In this document: positions 40,159-49,534 of the stretch, piece after piece
How the letters are laid out: every line of letters starts with the position of its first letter
Numbering within the stretch: the stretch's first letter is position 1
Assembly: GCA_050250255.1 (NCBI GenBank)
Contig: JBFWOZ010000022.1
Location: 1 to 49,534 of the forward strand
Length of the DNA: 49,534 nucleotides
DNA from: Bdellovibrionales bacterium
Lineage (GTDB): Bacteria; Bdellovibrionota; Bdellovibrionia; Bdellovibrionales; DASUEL01
Direction of reading: 5' to 3'
Program-made: the position numbers and the translations under genes
Notes under the pieces: model-generated
The model's database searches: none
What the model saw: the letters and a program-made list of their open reading frames with translations, nothing else
Told to the model about the DNA's origin: nothing

Positions 40159-41321
40159 GTGCAAGCAGCGTCTCAACTCCCAAATGGAAAATCGCCATCA
40201 CTGGCAGTGATGGGCTTTTCGGTTGGCATTTGAGATGTTTTTTAAAAACAAAATCCTACATTGAAATTTTTCCGATTTCGCGAAAGAGCTTTCAAAACCC
40301 TGCCCTCTTACGAGAGCAACTCGAATCGGCTGATGCGCTTATTCATCTCGCGGGCATGAACCGTGGTGATGATCAGGAAATTCTCTCAACAAACATCTCC
40401 CTCACACAAAGACTGATTGAGACGCTCACGGAAATCAAACGTACACCTCACGTTCTCTTTGCGAACTCGACTCATGTTTCTCGCGATACTCCTTACGGAA
40501 AATCAAAAAAGGAAAGCGCCTCTCTTCTCACTGAGTGGGCTAAAGCAAACAATGCCCTTTTTAGCGACGTCATTTTTCCTCATCTTTTTGGAGAGCATGG
40601 TAAGCCATTTTACAATTCTGTGGTTTCGACATTTTGTTATCAGATGGCGAAAGGTGAAAAACCTTCCTTTCATCAAGATTCTGAAATTGAACCTCTTCAC
40701 CTCAGTGAAGCGTCGGAATTTTTGTGGAACTTAATCAAAAACGGACATGAAGGGCAAATCCGTGCGACTGGGAAACCCATCATGGTCAGCGAGCTCCTCG
40801 CACTCATCTCCAAGATGGATGGTCTTTACAAAAAGAGACTTCTCCCCGATCTCGCAAGCCCCTTTGAAGAACAACTTTTTAACACTTACAGATCTTATCT
40901 CTTCCCTGAGGGTCAGCCACTGCACCTCGAATTAAAAAGTGATGCTCGAGGCTCTCTCTTTGAAGCCATTAAAACCAATGATCATGGACAAGGTTTTCTC
41001 TCGACAACCCACCCGGGCTTTACTAGAGGAAATCATTTTCACATTAAAAAGTTTGAGCGCTTCTGTGTGGTCAAGGGACAGGCGACCATACGCATTCGAA
41101 AGCTTTTCTCCGACGAAATCACAAGCTTTCAGGTGAGTGGCGATGCTCCTTGCGCCGTCGACATCCCAACTCTTCACACACACAACATCACCAACACAGG
41201 ATCCGAAGAACTAATCACGCTTTTTTGGTCTGGCGAAATCTTTGATCCGAGTCATCCCGACACCTATGGAGAGCTTGTAGAATCTCCTCCACAGCGACCC
41301 CCTTCACAGGTTGAGCTTTAA
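40155..41321 (+). CDS. FnlB/WbjC/CapF-type SDR reductase with C-terminal cupin
   Basis: HLAGMNR, YGKSK, KPFYNSVVSTFC, DARGSLFE, RGNHFH..KFERF, HNITNTG. Confidence 0.92.
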   Translation: MSASSVSTPKWKIAITGSDGLFGWHLRCFLKTKSYIEIFPISRKSFQNPALLREQLESADALIHLAGMNRGDDQEILSTNISLTQRLIETLTEIKRTPHVLFANSTHVSRDTPYGKSKKESASLLTEWAKANNALFSDVIFPHLFGEHGKPFYNSVVSTFCYQMAKGEKPSFHQDSEIEPLHLSEASEFLWNLIKNGHEGQIRATGKPIMVSELLALISKMDGLYKKRLLPDLASPFEEQLFNTYRSYLFPEGQPLHLELKSDARGSLFEAIKTNDHGQGFLSTTHPGFTRGNHFHIKKFERFCVVKGQATIRIRKLFSDEITSFQVSGDAPCAVDIPTLHTHNITNTGSEELITLFWSGEIFDPSHPDTYGELVESPPQRPPSQVEL

Positions 41322-41323
41322 GC

Positions 41324-43429
41324 TTGAACTACGAAGCTCAACAAAGTTTCTTAGCTGAGCAAATCGGCCGCGTCGCACCACCTCTTTTGATTCAAGTAAA
41401 TTTTTATCTCGGTCTTTTGATGCTCGTGGTTGGCGTCGTTCTCACCATGAGAAAAGAGCCATTGTCTCTCCACCGCTTTCTCCTCGCCATTCCGTTTGTT
41501 GGGGTTTTGAGCCTTCTCTACTTCCATGGTCCACGCCTTCTCTCCAGCTCGCTCTTCACCACTCATCGCACTCTCACTCTCTGGAACTCGATCTTTATCG
41601 GATTGTTTCTTCTCGCATTTTATTTTTTCAAAAATTCCAGAGCTCAAATCATAAAAGGAATTTTACTCCTCGCCGTTCTCTTCACGGGAGTGACTCGTGT
41701 TCTCATCGGTTACAACTATGGTTTAGGTCCCACTTTTTTGATTTACGGTGCGGATACAGTTCTTTTCTTTTGCGCCTGCGTGTTTTTTGGCAAAATCTTC
41801 CTCCAGACTGATCTTTTAAGGTCTCAATTTTTTGTGGGACTCTCGGGCCTTACCCTTCTTTCTGTCCTCATCACTGCGACCAACATCAATTCGGTGGCAC
41901 CGACTCCTCTTCTTTGGGTTCATCCACTACTTTGTCTCTTTTTTCTTTTCCAAATTTGGAAAACCGACCTGAGTATTTTTTCATTTAAAAGTTTAAGTGG
42001 CCCACTTCTTTTCGCACTTTTTTGTTATTTTTTACCCGTGCTTCCCTCACTCTTTTCGGCCGGACCCTCTGATGCCGACATCACCACCATTGCCGAAATG
42101 ATGGGCTTCCATTTTCAAGGGGTGTCTTTACTCCACGCGACGACGGGACTCCCTCTTGAGACTCTTCATATTCGTTACCCAGCAGGTCTCTCAAGCCTAG
42201 CCTACGTGGTCGCTTGGTTTTTAAACTTAAGAACCGCGGAACCACTTTTTCTCTTATGGTTTGGTTCTTACGCACTTCATATCGTGGCTCTTTTAAGGCT
42301 GAGCCAGCACCTACGAATCAATTCTTTTTTGGTAGTGATATTTTCGATCAGTTTTACGCTGCTGGAATGGCAAGGTTTTGCGGGAGGACAAGTTCAAGAA
42401 CAACTCGCCTATGCCCTTGGCATTTACGCATTTTGCTTTTTTCTTGAACAGAAATGGTTCGCAAGCGCTCTTCTTCTTTCTGCAGGTGCGCTGATTCAAC
42501 CCATGGTGATTCTGCCTTTTGGATTCGCACTCGGCGCAACTTTTCTGATGCAGCATTTTCGAAAACTTTTGTCGCGTGAGGGAGTTCTTGCCCTGTTACC
42601 GCTTCTAGGCGTAGTGATTTATTTTTTCTTTCTCAATCAGGGTGCACAATCCATCAGCCAACCCGCATTGTTACTGAGTGAGATTACGCCACACATTTTC
42701 TTCTCTAACATTTTGCTTTGGTTTTCCTACGACACCTCTTGGCTTTTTCCTTGGCTCCTCATCATCCCAGTCTTGGCCCTACAGAAATACTTTTCTCCTT
42801 CGACACGCCTTCTTTTAGGCAGCTGGCTTCTCGGTGTAATTTTGCTAGATGGTTTTTTTGGCCATACCCATTGGGCGGCCAGAAATCATGCCGGTTTTTC
42901 CGTTGTAGGTTTATTTGCGCTTTGCCCATCACTTTTGCTTTTTTATTTAGAAAAACGAGGGGCTTCTGCCATCCATCTCTTCAGAGTTCAGATGGGTGCT
43001 CTGATTTTATGGCTCATACAGCTGGCTCCACTTATCCCCCTCACTCCTCATGAATCGTTTTTCACTCGAGACGACATCAAGCTTGGACGAAAATTGACGG
43101 CGTTGATTCCCCAAGGAAGCCTTATCATGAATGCAACAGGCCCTGGTGTGGATCATTATTACGCTTGGACCGCACGAGGGAACAGCGCTCAAAATACAAT
43201 ACAAATGAGAATCGGCGATCATCAACTCGCAAAGCCTACTCTTTTAGAACGTAAACTCTACACGGACTGCGTCTCGGCACAGTTAGAAAATACTAAAGCC
43301 TGTCTCGCAAACTTAGGCGTTCAGTACTTATGGGTGAGTTCGCAAAACATGACACCCGAAAAGTTAAATATTTTCGGCACGCCCCTTCATCAGGTAGGAA
43401 TGAGTTCGCTTTTTAAAATTAGTGATTAA
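41324..43429 (+). CDS. Large polytopic membrane protein, probably GT-C-like
   Basis: Many TM segments, loop with SDAD...RYPAG, soluble C-terminal domain ending LGVQYLWV; in operon with fnlAB. Confidence 0.55.
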   Translation: MNYEAQQSFLAEQIGRVAPPLLIQVNFYLGLLMLVVGVVLTMRKEPLSLHRFLLAIPFVGVLSLLYFHGPRLLSSSLFTTHRTLTLWNSIFIGLFLLAFYFFKNSRAQIIKGILLLAVLFTGVTRVLIGYNYGLGPTFLIYGADTVLFFCACVFFGKIFLQTDLLRSQFFVGLSGLTLLSVLITATNINSVAPTPLLWVHPLLCLFFLFQIWKTDLSIFSFKSLSGPLLFALFCYFLPVLPSLFSAGPSDADITTIAEMMGFHFQGVSLLHATTGLPLETLHIRYPAGLSSLAYVVAWFLNLRTAEPLFLLWFGSYALHIVALLRLSQHLRINSFLVVIFSISFTLLEWQGFAGGQVQEQLAYALGIYAFCFFLEQKWFASALLLSAGALIQPMVILPFGFALGATFLMQHFRKLLSREGVLALLPLLGVVIYFFFLNQGAQSISQPALLLSEITPHIFFSNILLWFSYDTSWLFPWLLIIPVLALQKYFSPSTRLLLGSWLLGVILLDGFFGHTHWAARNHAGFSVVGLFALCPSLLLFYLEKRGASAIHLFRVQMGALILWLIQLAPLIPLTPHESFFTRDDIKLGRKLTALIPQGSLIMNATGPGVDHYYAWTARGNSAQNTIQMRIGDHQLAKPTLLERKLYTDCVSAQLENTKACLANLGVQYLWVSSQNMTPEKLNIFGTPLHQVGMSSLFKISD

Positions 43430-45335
43430 GTGGAGTGGCCATCGGAACAACACGTAGGCCGTCAACAACGCCATCGACGTGAGCTGGGAGCTGAGCTTTT
43501 ACAAGAGAGTTCAGCTGAGACAAAGCCTCTTTATTGCTCTGAGAAGCTAGTTCCAAAATCTCTTCAATACGTCGCTCTAAATATTCAAAAGTGATCAGCG
43601 GCACATTCGCCGGCCAGCCCGCTCTCGGGAGAATAAGAACATCGGGATGTTCGGTGTTGATCTCGTTCCCGCTCAAGTAAAGTTCTTCGAACATTTTTTC
43701 ACCAGGTCGCATACCCGTAAAAATAATTGGAATTTGCGTTTCGGTTTTACCCATGAGGGCAATGAGGTTTTTTGCAATATCCACGATCTTCACCGGCTCA
43801 CCCATACGTAAGATCGCAATCTCACCAGGCTTCGCAATGGAAGCCGCTTTTAACACGAGAGCTACTGCCTCTTGAATCAGCATAAAATATCGAGTCATCT
43901 CTTGATGAGTGATTGTAAGAGGCTCGTCATTTTCAATTTGTTGTTTTAATTTTGGAATAAGACTTCCACTGCTACCGAGCACGTTTCCAAAGCGAACAGC
44001 ACAATAACGGTAGCCCGTACGTTTTCCAAACTCATTCACCATGAGTTCACAAGCACGTTTTGTCGAACCCATCACGCCCGCTGGATTCACAGCTTTGTCT
44101 GTAGAAATAAGAACAAAATCTTCTACGCCATGCATTTCGCTCAGCTCAAGAACGTTTTTTGTGCCACGGATATTATTGATGATCGATGTGTAGGGATTAG
44201 ATTCGACTAAGTGAACATGTTTGTAAGCGGCGGCATGAAATACAATGTCAGGGGAATAGTCTTTAAAAACTTCCATGACCCGGCTGCGATCTTTTACATC
44301 CACGAGCAGTGGAACAATCAAACTACGCTCAGAAGGAGAAACCCGAAGTTCTTGATCAATCTGATAGAGATTGTATTCCGAATTATCCAGGAGAAGGAGT
44401 CGTGCAGGATTAAAATTAAAAATTTGTCGGCAGAGTTCGCTTCCGATAGAACCACCGGCCCCGGTCACCAAAACCGTTTTGCCACGAATGAGTTCCTTCA
44501 CGCCTTGAACATCCATATCGATGTTTGATCGATTGAGGAGATCCGAGAGATTGATCTCGCGAAAAAGCTGAAAGGTCGAAACACTTCCGCCTTGTTTAGA
44601 AACATCCGTGATCAATCGAGGACGAATTTGGTGAGGCAGACATATCTCAATGATATTTCTTAAGACTTCCGCCGGAGGATTATTCACCGCAATGATGACT
44701 TCCGAAATTTGATAGTCATTAATCAACTGAGACATCTGCTGACGATGACCTAGCACCTTAATGCTAAGCATGTTTCGTCCAATGAGTTCCTGATCATCAT
44801 CGATAAAACCAATCACCTGGAATCCTAGGCGATCATCTGTTTGAAAACGGTGGGCCATCGTGCGTCCATTAGCCCCCGCTCCAAAAATCAGGGTACGGCG
44901 ACCGCTTTCACGCACTTTTTGTTCATAGGATTGTTCAAAATGCACCCGACGTACGAGCCGAATGCTACCCATGAAGGCCGTCACCAAAAAGAGATAGATG
45001 AAAAAGAAAGAACGTGGAAGCATTCCGAACTCGAGAAGATAGGCGCTAATAAAAAGAAGAGCTGTCGCTAGCGACGTTGCTTTGATCAATTTCACCGCAT
45101 CGGCGGCGGAAACATATCTCCAGATAATGTCGTACACGCCCATGAGTGTGAAGGTGACCACATTAATGAGTAGAAAAAGAGGTAAATAGAGAGTCAGAAC
45201 GGGGGCGTAAGAAACAAAACCTTCGGTTTCGACACGAAGATAAAGAGCCGCATAAAAAGAAAAAATCATCACCGCAAGATCTGGCAGGAGGTGGCGCCAG
45301 TTGATTCGATCCCAAAGTAGACGAAGATTTCTCAT
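43419..45335 (-). CDS. Membrane UDP-GlcNAc 4,6-dehydratase (WbpM/PglF/CapD)
   Basis: 4 N-terminal TM segments, GAGGSIGSEL, HAAAYKHV, STDKAVNP..VMG, RFGNVLGSSGS, RPGEKMFEEL. Confidence 0.93.
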   Translation of the reverse strand: MRNLRLLWDRINWRHLLPDLAVMIFSFYAALYLRVETEGFVSYAPVLTLYLPLFLLINVVTFTLMGVYDIIWRYVSAADAVKLIKATSLATALLFISAYLLEFGMLPRSFFFIYLFLVTAFMGSIRLVRRVHFEQSYEQKVRESGRRTLIFGAGANGRTMAHRFQTDDRLGFQVIGFIDDDQELIGRNMLSIKVLGHRQQMSQLINDYQISEVIIAVNNPPAEVLRNIIEICLPHQIRPRLITDVSKQGGSVSTFQLFREINLSDLLNRSNIDMDVQGVKELIRGKTVLVTGAGGSIGSELCRQIFNFNPARLLLLDNSEYNLYQIDQELRVSPSERSLIVPLLVDVKDRSRVMEVFKDYSPDIVFHAAAYKHVHLVESNPYTSIINNIRGTKNVLELSEMHGVEDFVLISTDKAVNPAGVMGSTKRACELMVNEFGKRTGYRYCAVRFGNVLGSSGSLIPKLKQQIENDEPLTITHQEMTRYFMLIQEAVALVLKAASIAKPGEIAILRMGEPVKIVDIAKNLIALMGKTETQIPIIFTGMRPGEKMFEELYLSGNEINTEHPDVLILPRAGWPANVPLITFEYLERRIEEILELASQSNKEALSQLNSLVKAQLPAHVDGVVDGLRVVPMATPLNH

Positions 45336-45420
45336 GCTCAAAACTTCCCTTGAGAGGGTGGAAGGGGTCAAGACTTATGATACGTTTTGTTGCGCTGTTT
45401 GATTCGCCGCATTCTATCGT

Positions 45421-46416
45421 TTAGATGCTCTTTTTTTCTGACTTATACCACTCCGCTGTATGGTCCATTCCCTGCTTAAGGGAATAAGGAGGCGTCCAAT
45501 TCGCAAACTTCTTCAGCTTTTGATTGGAGACTTCTAAGGAACCTGTCAATCGATCCATCTGTGGAATTTTTCGGGTCACGCAGGCTAAGCTTTTTAAAGC
45601 CGAAACCGGTACGGGCACGAGGATGCTTTTCGATTTGAGAGAGTGTTTCATGACTTGGACAAGTTCTAAAGTCGAAGGGGCTTCGTTATCAGCCACCAAA
45701 AAGACTTCAAACTTAAAAGGCGGAGCCGTTAAGATTTTTTCAATGGCCGATACCAAGTTTTCAATATGCAAAAGACTTCGCTTGTTCCCTTTTACGGAAC
45801 CAAAAGGAAGCGGCCAATGACGATCTACAGCATTTAAGAGGTGAAGAAAATTGGCGCGAACTTTGGGCCCGTATATCAGTGGCGGGCGTACAATCCCCAC
45901 TTCTAACTTTGATCGAGAAGCTATTTCTCGTAACACTTCTTCGGCTTCATGTTTCGAAAAGCCGTAGGGATCTTGAGGTGCTGGCTGGTCTTCTTCAGAA
46001 AAAGGTTTTGCTTGAGTTTGCTCCCCATTCACCTTGATAGAACTGAGATAAACAAAACGTCGTACCCCCGCAAGAACACAGGCATTTGCGAGATGACGTG
46101 TGCCCTCGACGTTAACCTTACGATACTCTTCGAGAGCATCCGCAGCCGCCTCTTTCATCACGTGAACTCGAGCCGCTAAATGGACAACCGCATCCACATC
46201 CTGAAGGGCCGCGACCCACTCGGATTCAGTGACCTGTTCAATCGGGGCAATAGTTTTAATCTGGAATTTGGAATGAGTCTCAAAAGCCGCCAGACTTTGA
46301 AAGTTTCGTGTGCAGGCCACAACCTCGTGACCTTTTTTAAGTAAGTAAGGAATGAGGGATTGTCCAACAAACCCGTTTGCACCCGTAATTAAAACTCTCA
46401 TGGAAGGCTCCTTCAT
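45421..46416 (-). CDS. NAD-dependent epimerase/4-reductase (WbpK/WbpV-like)
   Basis: GANGFVG, HLAARVHVM, SSIKVNGE, YGFSK, RPPLIYG. Confidence 0.88.
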   Translation of the reverse strand: MKEPSMRVLITGANGFVGQSLIPYLLKKGHEVVACTRNFQSLAAFETHSKFQIKTIAPIEQVTESEWVAALQDVDAVVHLAARVHVMKEAAADALEEYRKVNVEGTRHLANACVLAGVRRFVYLSSIKVNGEQTQAKPFSEEDQPAPQDPYGFSKHEAEEVLREIASRSKLEVGIVRPPLIYGPKVRANFLHLLNAVDRHWPLPFGSVKGNKRSLLHIENLVSAIEKILTAPPFKFEVFLVADNEAPSTLELVQVMKHSLKSKSILVPVPVSALKSLACVTRKIPQMDRLTGSLEVSNQKLKKFANWTPPYSLKQGMDHTAEWYKSEKKSI

Positions 46417-46483
46417 GGTCGCTCCATTTTTTCTCTGACACTAGGGAGTAAATCGAATATAGAAAGAAGAGCAAGGGCCATAT

Positions 46484-47497
46484 ATGACGCAAGGCAATTC
46501 ACTTCCTTCAGAATTCTATCTCCTTTTCCCGGCCATTTTTGGTTCGGGAGTTCTCGCGTGGTTTTTGACACGAGAGTTTTTGGCCTTCGCTCCCAAATTG
46601 GGACTTATCGACGTTCCTAACGAGCGCAGCTCTCACACCAAACCCACTCTCCGTGGTGGTGGTGTAGGCTTTGTTCTCTCACTTGCAATTTTTATTCTTG
46701 CCATGACTCTTTCACAAAATTTGGAATCGCTCTTTGGCTACGGACTATTTTTAACGAGCAGTCTCGTCGCCGCTACCGGATGGGTCGATGATCGAAAGGG
46801 ATTGAGGGCTTCGTACCGGCTCTGTATTCACCTGCTTGCTTCAGCCATCTTGATGGGTCTCGTTTTTGAAACGCTCTCACTTCCTTTCACCTTGTATTTT
46901 GCAGCAAGTGTCCTTTTTATCGCGTGGATGGTGAACCTCTATAATTTTATGGATGGCACCGATGGGCTTGCCGGTCTTCAGGGAGTGACGGTCGCCTTTT
47001 TTTCCGCCCTTCACTGCTATTTCTCTGGGGATTTTTCTCTTTTTGCATTTTTTCTGACAGTCGCCTTAAGTGTCGCCGGATTTTTATTTTTCAACTGGTC
47101 TCCGGCAAAAGTTTTTATGGGCGATGTGGGAAGTGGCTTTCTCGGTTTTTTGTTTGGCGCACTGATGATTTTTGCGGATGCAAAACAGACCCTCCCGCTA
47201 TCGCTTTCGCTTCTGTTGATGTCCGTCTTTTTAGTAGATACGGCCTACACTTTGGTCGTTCGTTTCTTCCATCGAGAAAACATCGCATCGGCTCACCGCA
47301 CGCACGCTTATCAAAAAGCTATTCAACGTGGCTGGAGCCACCAAAAGCTCGCGATTGTTGTAAGCCTTTTTAATCTCTTTTTAGGAGTTCTCACTTTTGC
47401 CGTGCGCTTTGAACATCTCACGCTGAACATCGCTTGTGGGCTTGCGCTCGTCCCGCTTTTTGTCTGGCAAATTTATCAACGAGCAGGCTGTCGGTGA
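46484..47497 (+). CDS. Undecaprenyl-phosphate HexNAc-1-P transferase (WbpL/WecA, MraY-like)
   Basis: DVPNERSSH, GWVDD, NLYNFMDGTDG, FMGDVGS, AHRTHAYQ. Confidence 0.92.
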   Translation: MTQGNSLPSEFYLLFPAIFGSGVLAWFLTREFLAFAPKLGLIDVPNERSSHTKPTLRGGGVGFVLSLAIFILAMTLSQNLESLFGYGLFLTSSLVAATGWVDDRKGLRASYRLCIHLLASAILMGLVFETLSLPFTLYFAASVLFIAWMVNLYNFMDGTDGLAGLQGVTVAFFSALHCYFSGDFSLFAFFLTVALSVAGFLFFNWSPAKVFMGDVGSGFLGFLFGALMIFADAKQTLPLSLSLLLMSVFLVDTAYTLVVRFFHRENIASAHRTHAYQKAIQRGWSHQKLAIVVSLFNLFLGVLTFAVRFEHLTLNIACGLALVPLFVWQIYQRAGCR

Positions 47498-48648
47498 AAT
47501 CGTCAACTCTCCTCATTGATGCGGTCACTGCTCTAGGTTCGGGACATCTCGAACTTCAAAAAGAGCTTGCACTCGCAGCAGCTCGCAATAAACCAAGTGA
47601 TGCGAAAGTGATTCTTCTCCAATCCGAACATGTGGAAGCCACGCCCGCACATCCTGCTCTGAAAGTTGTACGCGTTCCACACCCGGGTCGTAGTTGGATC
47701 AAAAGATGGCAGTGGCTCAATCAAGATCTTCCCCGTTTAGCGCGCGAGCATCAGGCCGATGTTTTTTATTCGCTCAATGGCCTTCTTTCGCACGCTCTTT
47801 TAAAACAAAACGCCTGCATTGGAACCGTGAACAACATGGTACCTTTCACGCCACTCTTATTAAAACGTCGACCGCTCTATCATGTTGAACGTCTGAGGCT
47901 TGAAATTTTAAAACATCAGTACGTGAAGAGTTTAAAAAAAGCCCATGCGGTGATCGTGCATTCAAAGTTTGCACTTGATCAGACCAAGCCCTACACCGGT
48001 TCTCTCGAAGAGAAATCGGTTTTGTGCTACACGGGCATGCCGACCAATCTTCGTTTTGATTCTCAAAAACCTCCGATCCACCCTCTTGCGGGAAGACCCT
48101 ATCTTTTTTATCTCTCGGCTTTCCAGTGGTACAAAAATCATGAAAATTTATTAAGAGCCTACGACATCTTAAGAAAAAACTTCGATGCTCCTCCCCTTTA
48201 CCTCGCAGGTCCCACGCACGACGTAGCTTACGCCGAGAAAATCAAAAAGCTCCTTCAAGAATTGAAACTTGGAGACCACGTTCGTTTTTTAGGAGCTCTT
48301 TCGCGTGAAAAAATCCCTGCATGGATTCATCACGCCGACATCCATATTTTTGCAAGCCTCTGTGAAACCAATTCGGTAATTCTCGCCGAAACCTTCGGTG
48401 TACACGGAGTCCTCCTCACGTCCAACCGCGAACCCATGCCCGAAATTGCTGGCGATGCGGCTGACTACTTCGATCCCGAGAATCCTCTGCAAATGGCTCA
48501 AGCTATTGAAAAATTGCTCCATACTCCTGGCCGTCGAGAAGAACTCCGAGCGAAAGCTCGCGAAAGAATCTCTTATTTTTCTTGGGATCTCTGCGGAAAA
48601 GCGATCTGGAAAGCCGCAGAGATCGCGATGTTGAATCGTGCAACCTAG
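47494..48648 (+). CDS. GT4 glycosyltransferase
   Basis: YKNHENL, FASLCET..VILAE, PEIAGDAA..FDP, FSW; GTGA overlap with the upstream gene. Confidence 0.85.
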   Translation: MKSSTLLIDAVTALGSGHLELQKELALAAARNKPSDAKVILLQSEHVEATPAHPALKVVRVPHPGRSWIKRWQWLNQDLPRLAREHQADVFYSLNGLLSHALLKQNACIGTVNNMVPFTPLLLKRRPLYHVERLRLEILKHQYVKSLKKAHAVIVHSKFALDQTKPYTGSLEEKSVLCYTGMPTNLRFDSQKPPIHPLAGRPYLFYLSAFQWYKNHENLLRAYDILRKNFDAPPLYLAGPTHDVAYAEKIKKLLQELKLGDHVRFLGALSREKIPAWIHHADIHIFASLCETNSVILAETFGVHGVLLTSNREPMPEIAGDAADYFDPENPLQMAQAIEKLLHTPGRREELRAKARERISYFSWDLCGKAIWKAAEIAMLNRAT

Positions 48649-48691
48649 CGCTTTAATGAACGGTGTGTGACTGGGAAGCAAGTGAGTATGA

Positions 48692-49132
48692 CTACAGTTC
48701 TTCACTGGAGAGATCTTGATCAGCACCTGACCCACCCTCTTTGCCATCTCTTCCATAAGAAATTAATTTATAGGTCTTGCTGCTTTCATCGTATGAATAA
48801 ACATATTGATGGCTCCAAAAATCAAGAGGCACAGTAATATCAACTTCAGATTTTATCCAACGCCAAAGTCTTTCATACCAACTTAATGTGTAAGAATAAT
48901 ATCTTTTGGGATTCCAATATGGATTAGGTCCCCATTTATCACAGATGGGAGAAGTTTGTGGGGCTGACGTAAGTGCTGCTAGCCCTTGTGTTGTCGTGGG
49001 ATATATTCCGCAGTCTGCAAGGTAAATATCCAGGCCTTTACGGATCTCTACCATTAAGAGGTGATTGGGTTTGAACTGTGGTGTTGCATGAGAAACTAAC
49101 GACATGAACATACAAAAAATTAAAACTTTCAT
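48692..49132 (-). CDS. GspG (T2SS major pseudopilin) globular-domain protein without a prepilin motif
   Basis: LDIYLADCGIYPTTTQGLAAL, WGP, PLDFWSHQYVY, ISYGRDGKEGGSGADQDL; CAT at 49130-49132 and CTA at 48692-48694 put it on the minus strand, although the track says +. Confidence 0.8.
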   Translation of the reverse strand: MKVLIFCMFMSLVSHATPQFKPNHLLMVEIRKGLDIYLADCGIYPTTTQGLAALTSAPQTSPICDKWGPNPYWNPKRYYSYTLSWYERLWRWIKSEVDITVPLDFWSHQYVYSYDESSKTYKLISYGRDGKEGGSGADQDLSSEEL

Positions 49133-49534
49133 ATTAGAACTTTAGATTAGAGGCTTAATTTGTCAATAAAGTTGGAATGATTACCGATCATTATTCGTCA
49201 TGAAATTCATCGACTTGGCGAGCTAATTTGTGAAATCATTTGACGCATTTTTAGCGTTTCACGTGGCTTACTGGACAATCTTTTTAGAAATTCCCTTTGT
49301 TTTATTCAAACTCAGAAAATGATTCGTCATAAGCAAGTTTCAGATGTTTAAAGATCGTTTCTCAAAACGAATTTTCCCTATCTAATTTTCGATAAATTAG
49401 CATTTTAAAAACCCATGTTACGGGTATGTATTTGAAGTGCGTAATCGATTGTTTTTTTAGGTTCGAATATCATAGAGAATGACAGTCGGATTTAGAGGAA
49501 CGGTTGATTGAGTTAAAAAATTTAAAATAGAGAG

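Noticed and set aside
48692..49132. ORF track labels the 146 aa GspG-like ORF as + strand
   Set aside because: The protein reads from the reverse complement (CAT at 49130-49132, CTA at 48692-48694), so it is annotated on the minus strand
49133..49534. AT-rich terminal non-coding stretch with a short ATTCGTCAT repeat and weak hairpins
   Set aside because: The repeats are too short to exceed chance at this AT content; probably the promoter region of a gene beyond the window

Overview
Chromosomal, non-mobile bacterial window. Gene content, orphan secreted proteins and sigma28/sigma54-like motifs suggest a Bdellovibrionota-like organism (inference). From left to right it holds two divergent orphan secreted-protein genes, a GldA/F/G-type ABC operon (with DUF4340, a GHMP kinase and DUF429), an RqcH/NFACT gene, a secreted metzincin, and a Lys-rich protein-queC-DUF366 operon. 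Next comes a long minus-strand run, nfeD-slipin-spoIID-queA-tgt-yajC-secD-secF-recJ, then a small Zn-ribbon gene and a class II aldolase/mtnA/nucleoside phosphorylase salvage cluster. A ~20 kb surface-glycan locus follows (galE, gmd, WbpP-like epimerase, L-FucNAc enzymes FnlA/B/C, WbpM/K/L-like genes, two GT4s, a polyprenol-P-sugar synthase and three GT-C-like membrane proteins), and a GspG-like gene with no prepilin motif closes the window. I saw no tRNA, rRNA, CRISPR array, integrase or transposase. The best leads are the GT-C/polyprenol-sugar system, the QueC-DUF366 pair, a UDG-like domain fused to NfeD, the soluble pseudopilin, two ~148 bp inverted-repeat elements and repeated leaderless promoters. 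All family calls come from reading motifs by eye; no database search was run.
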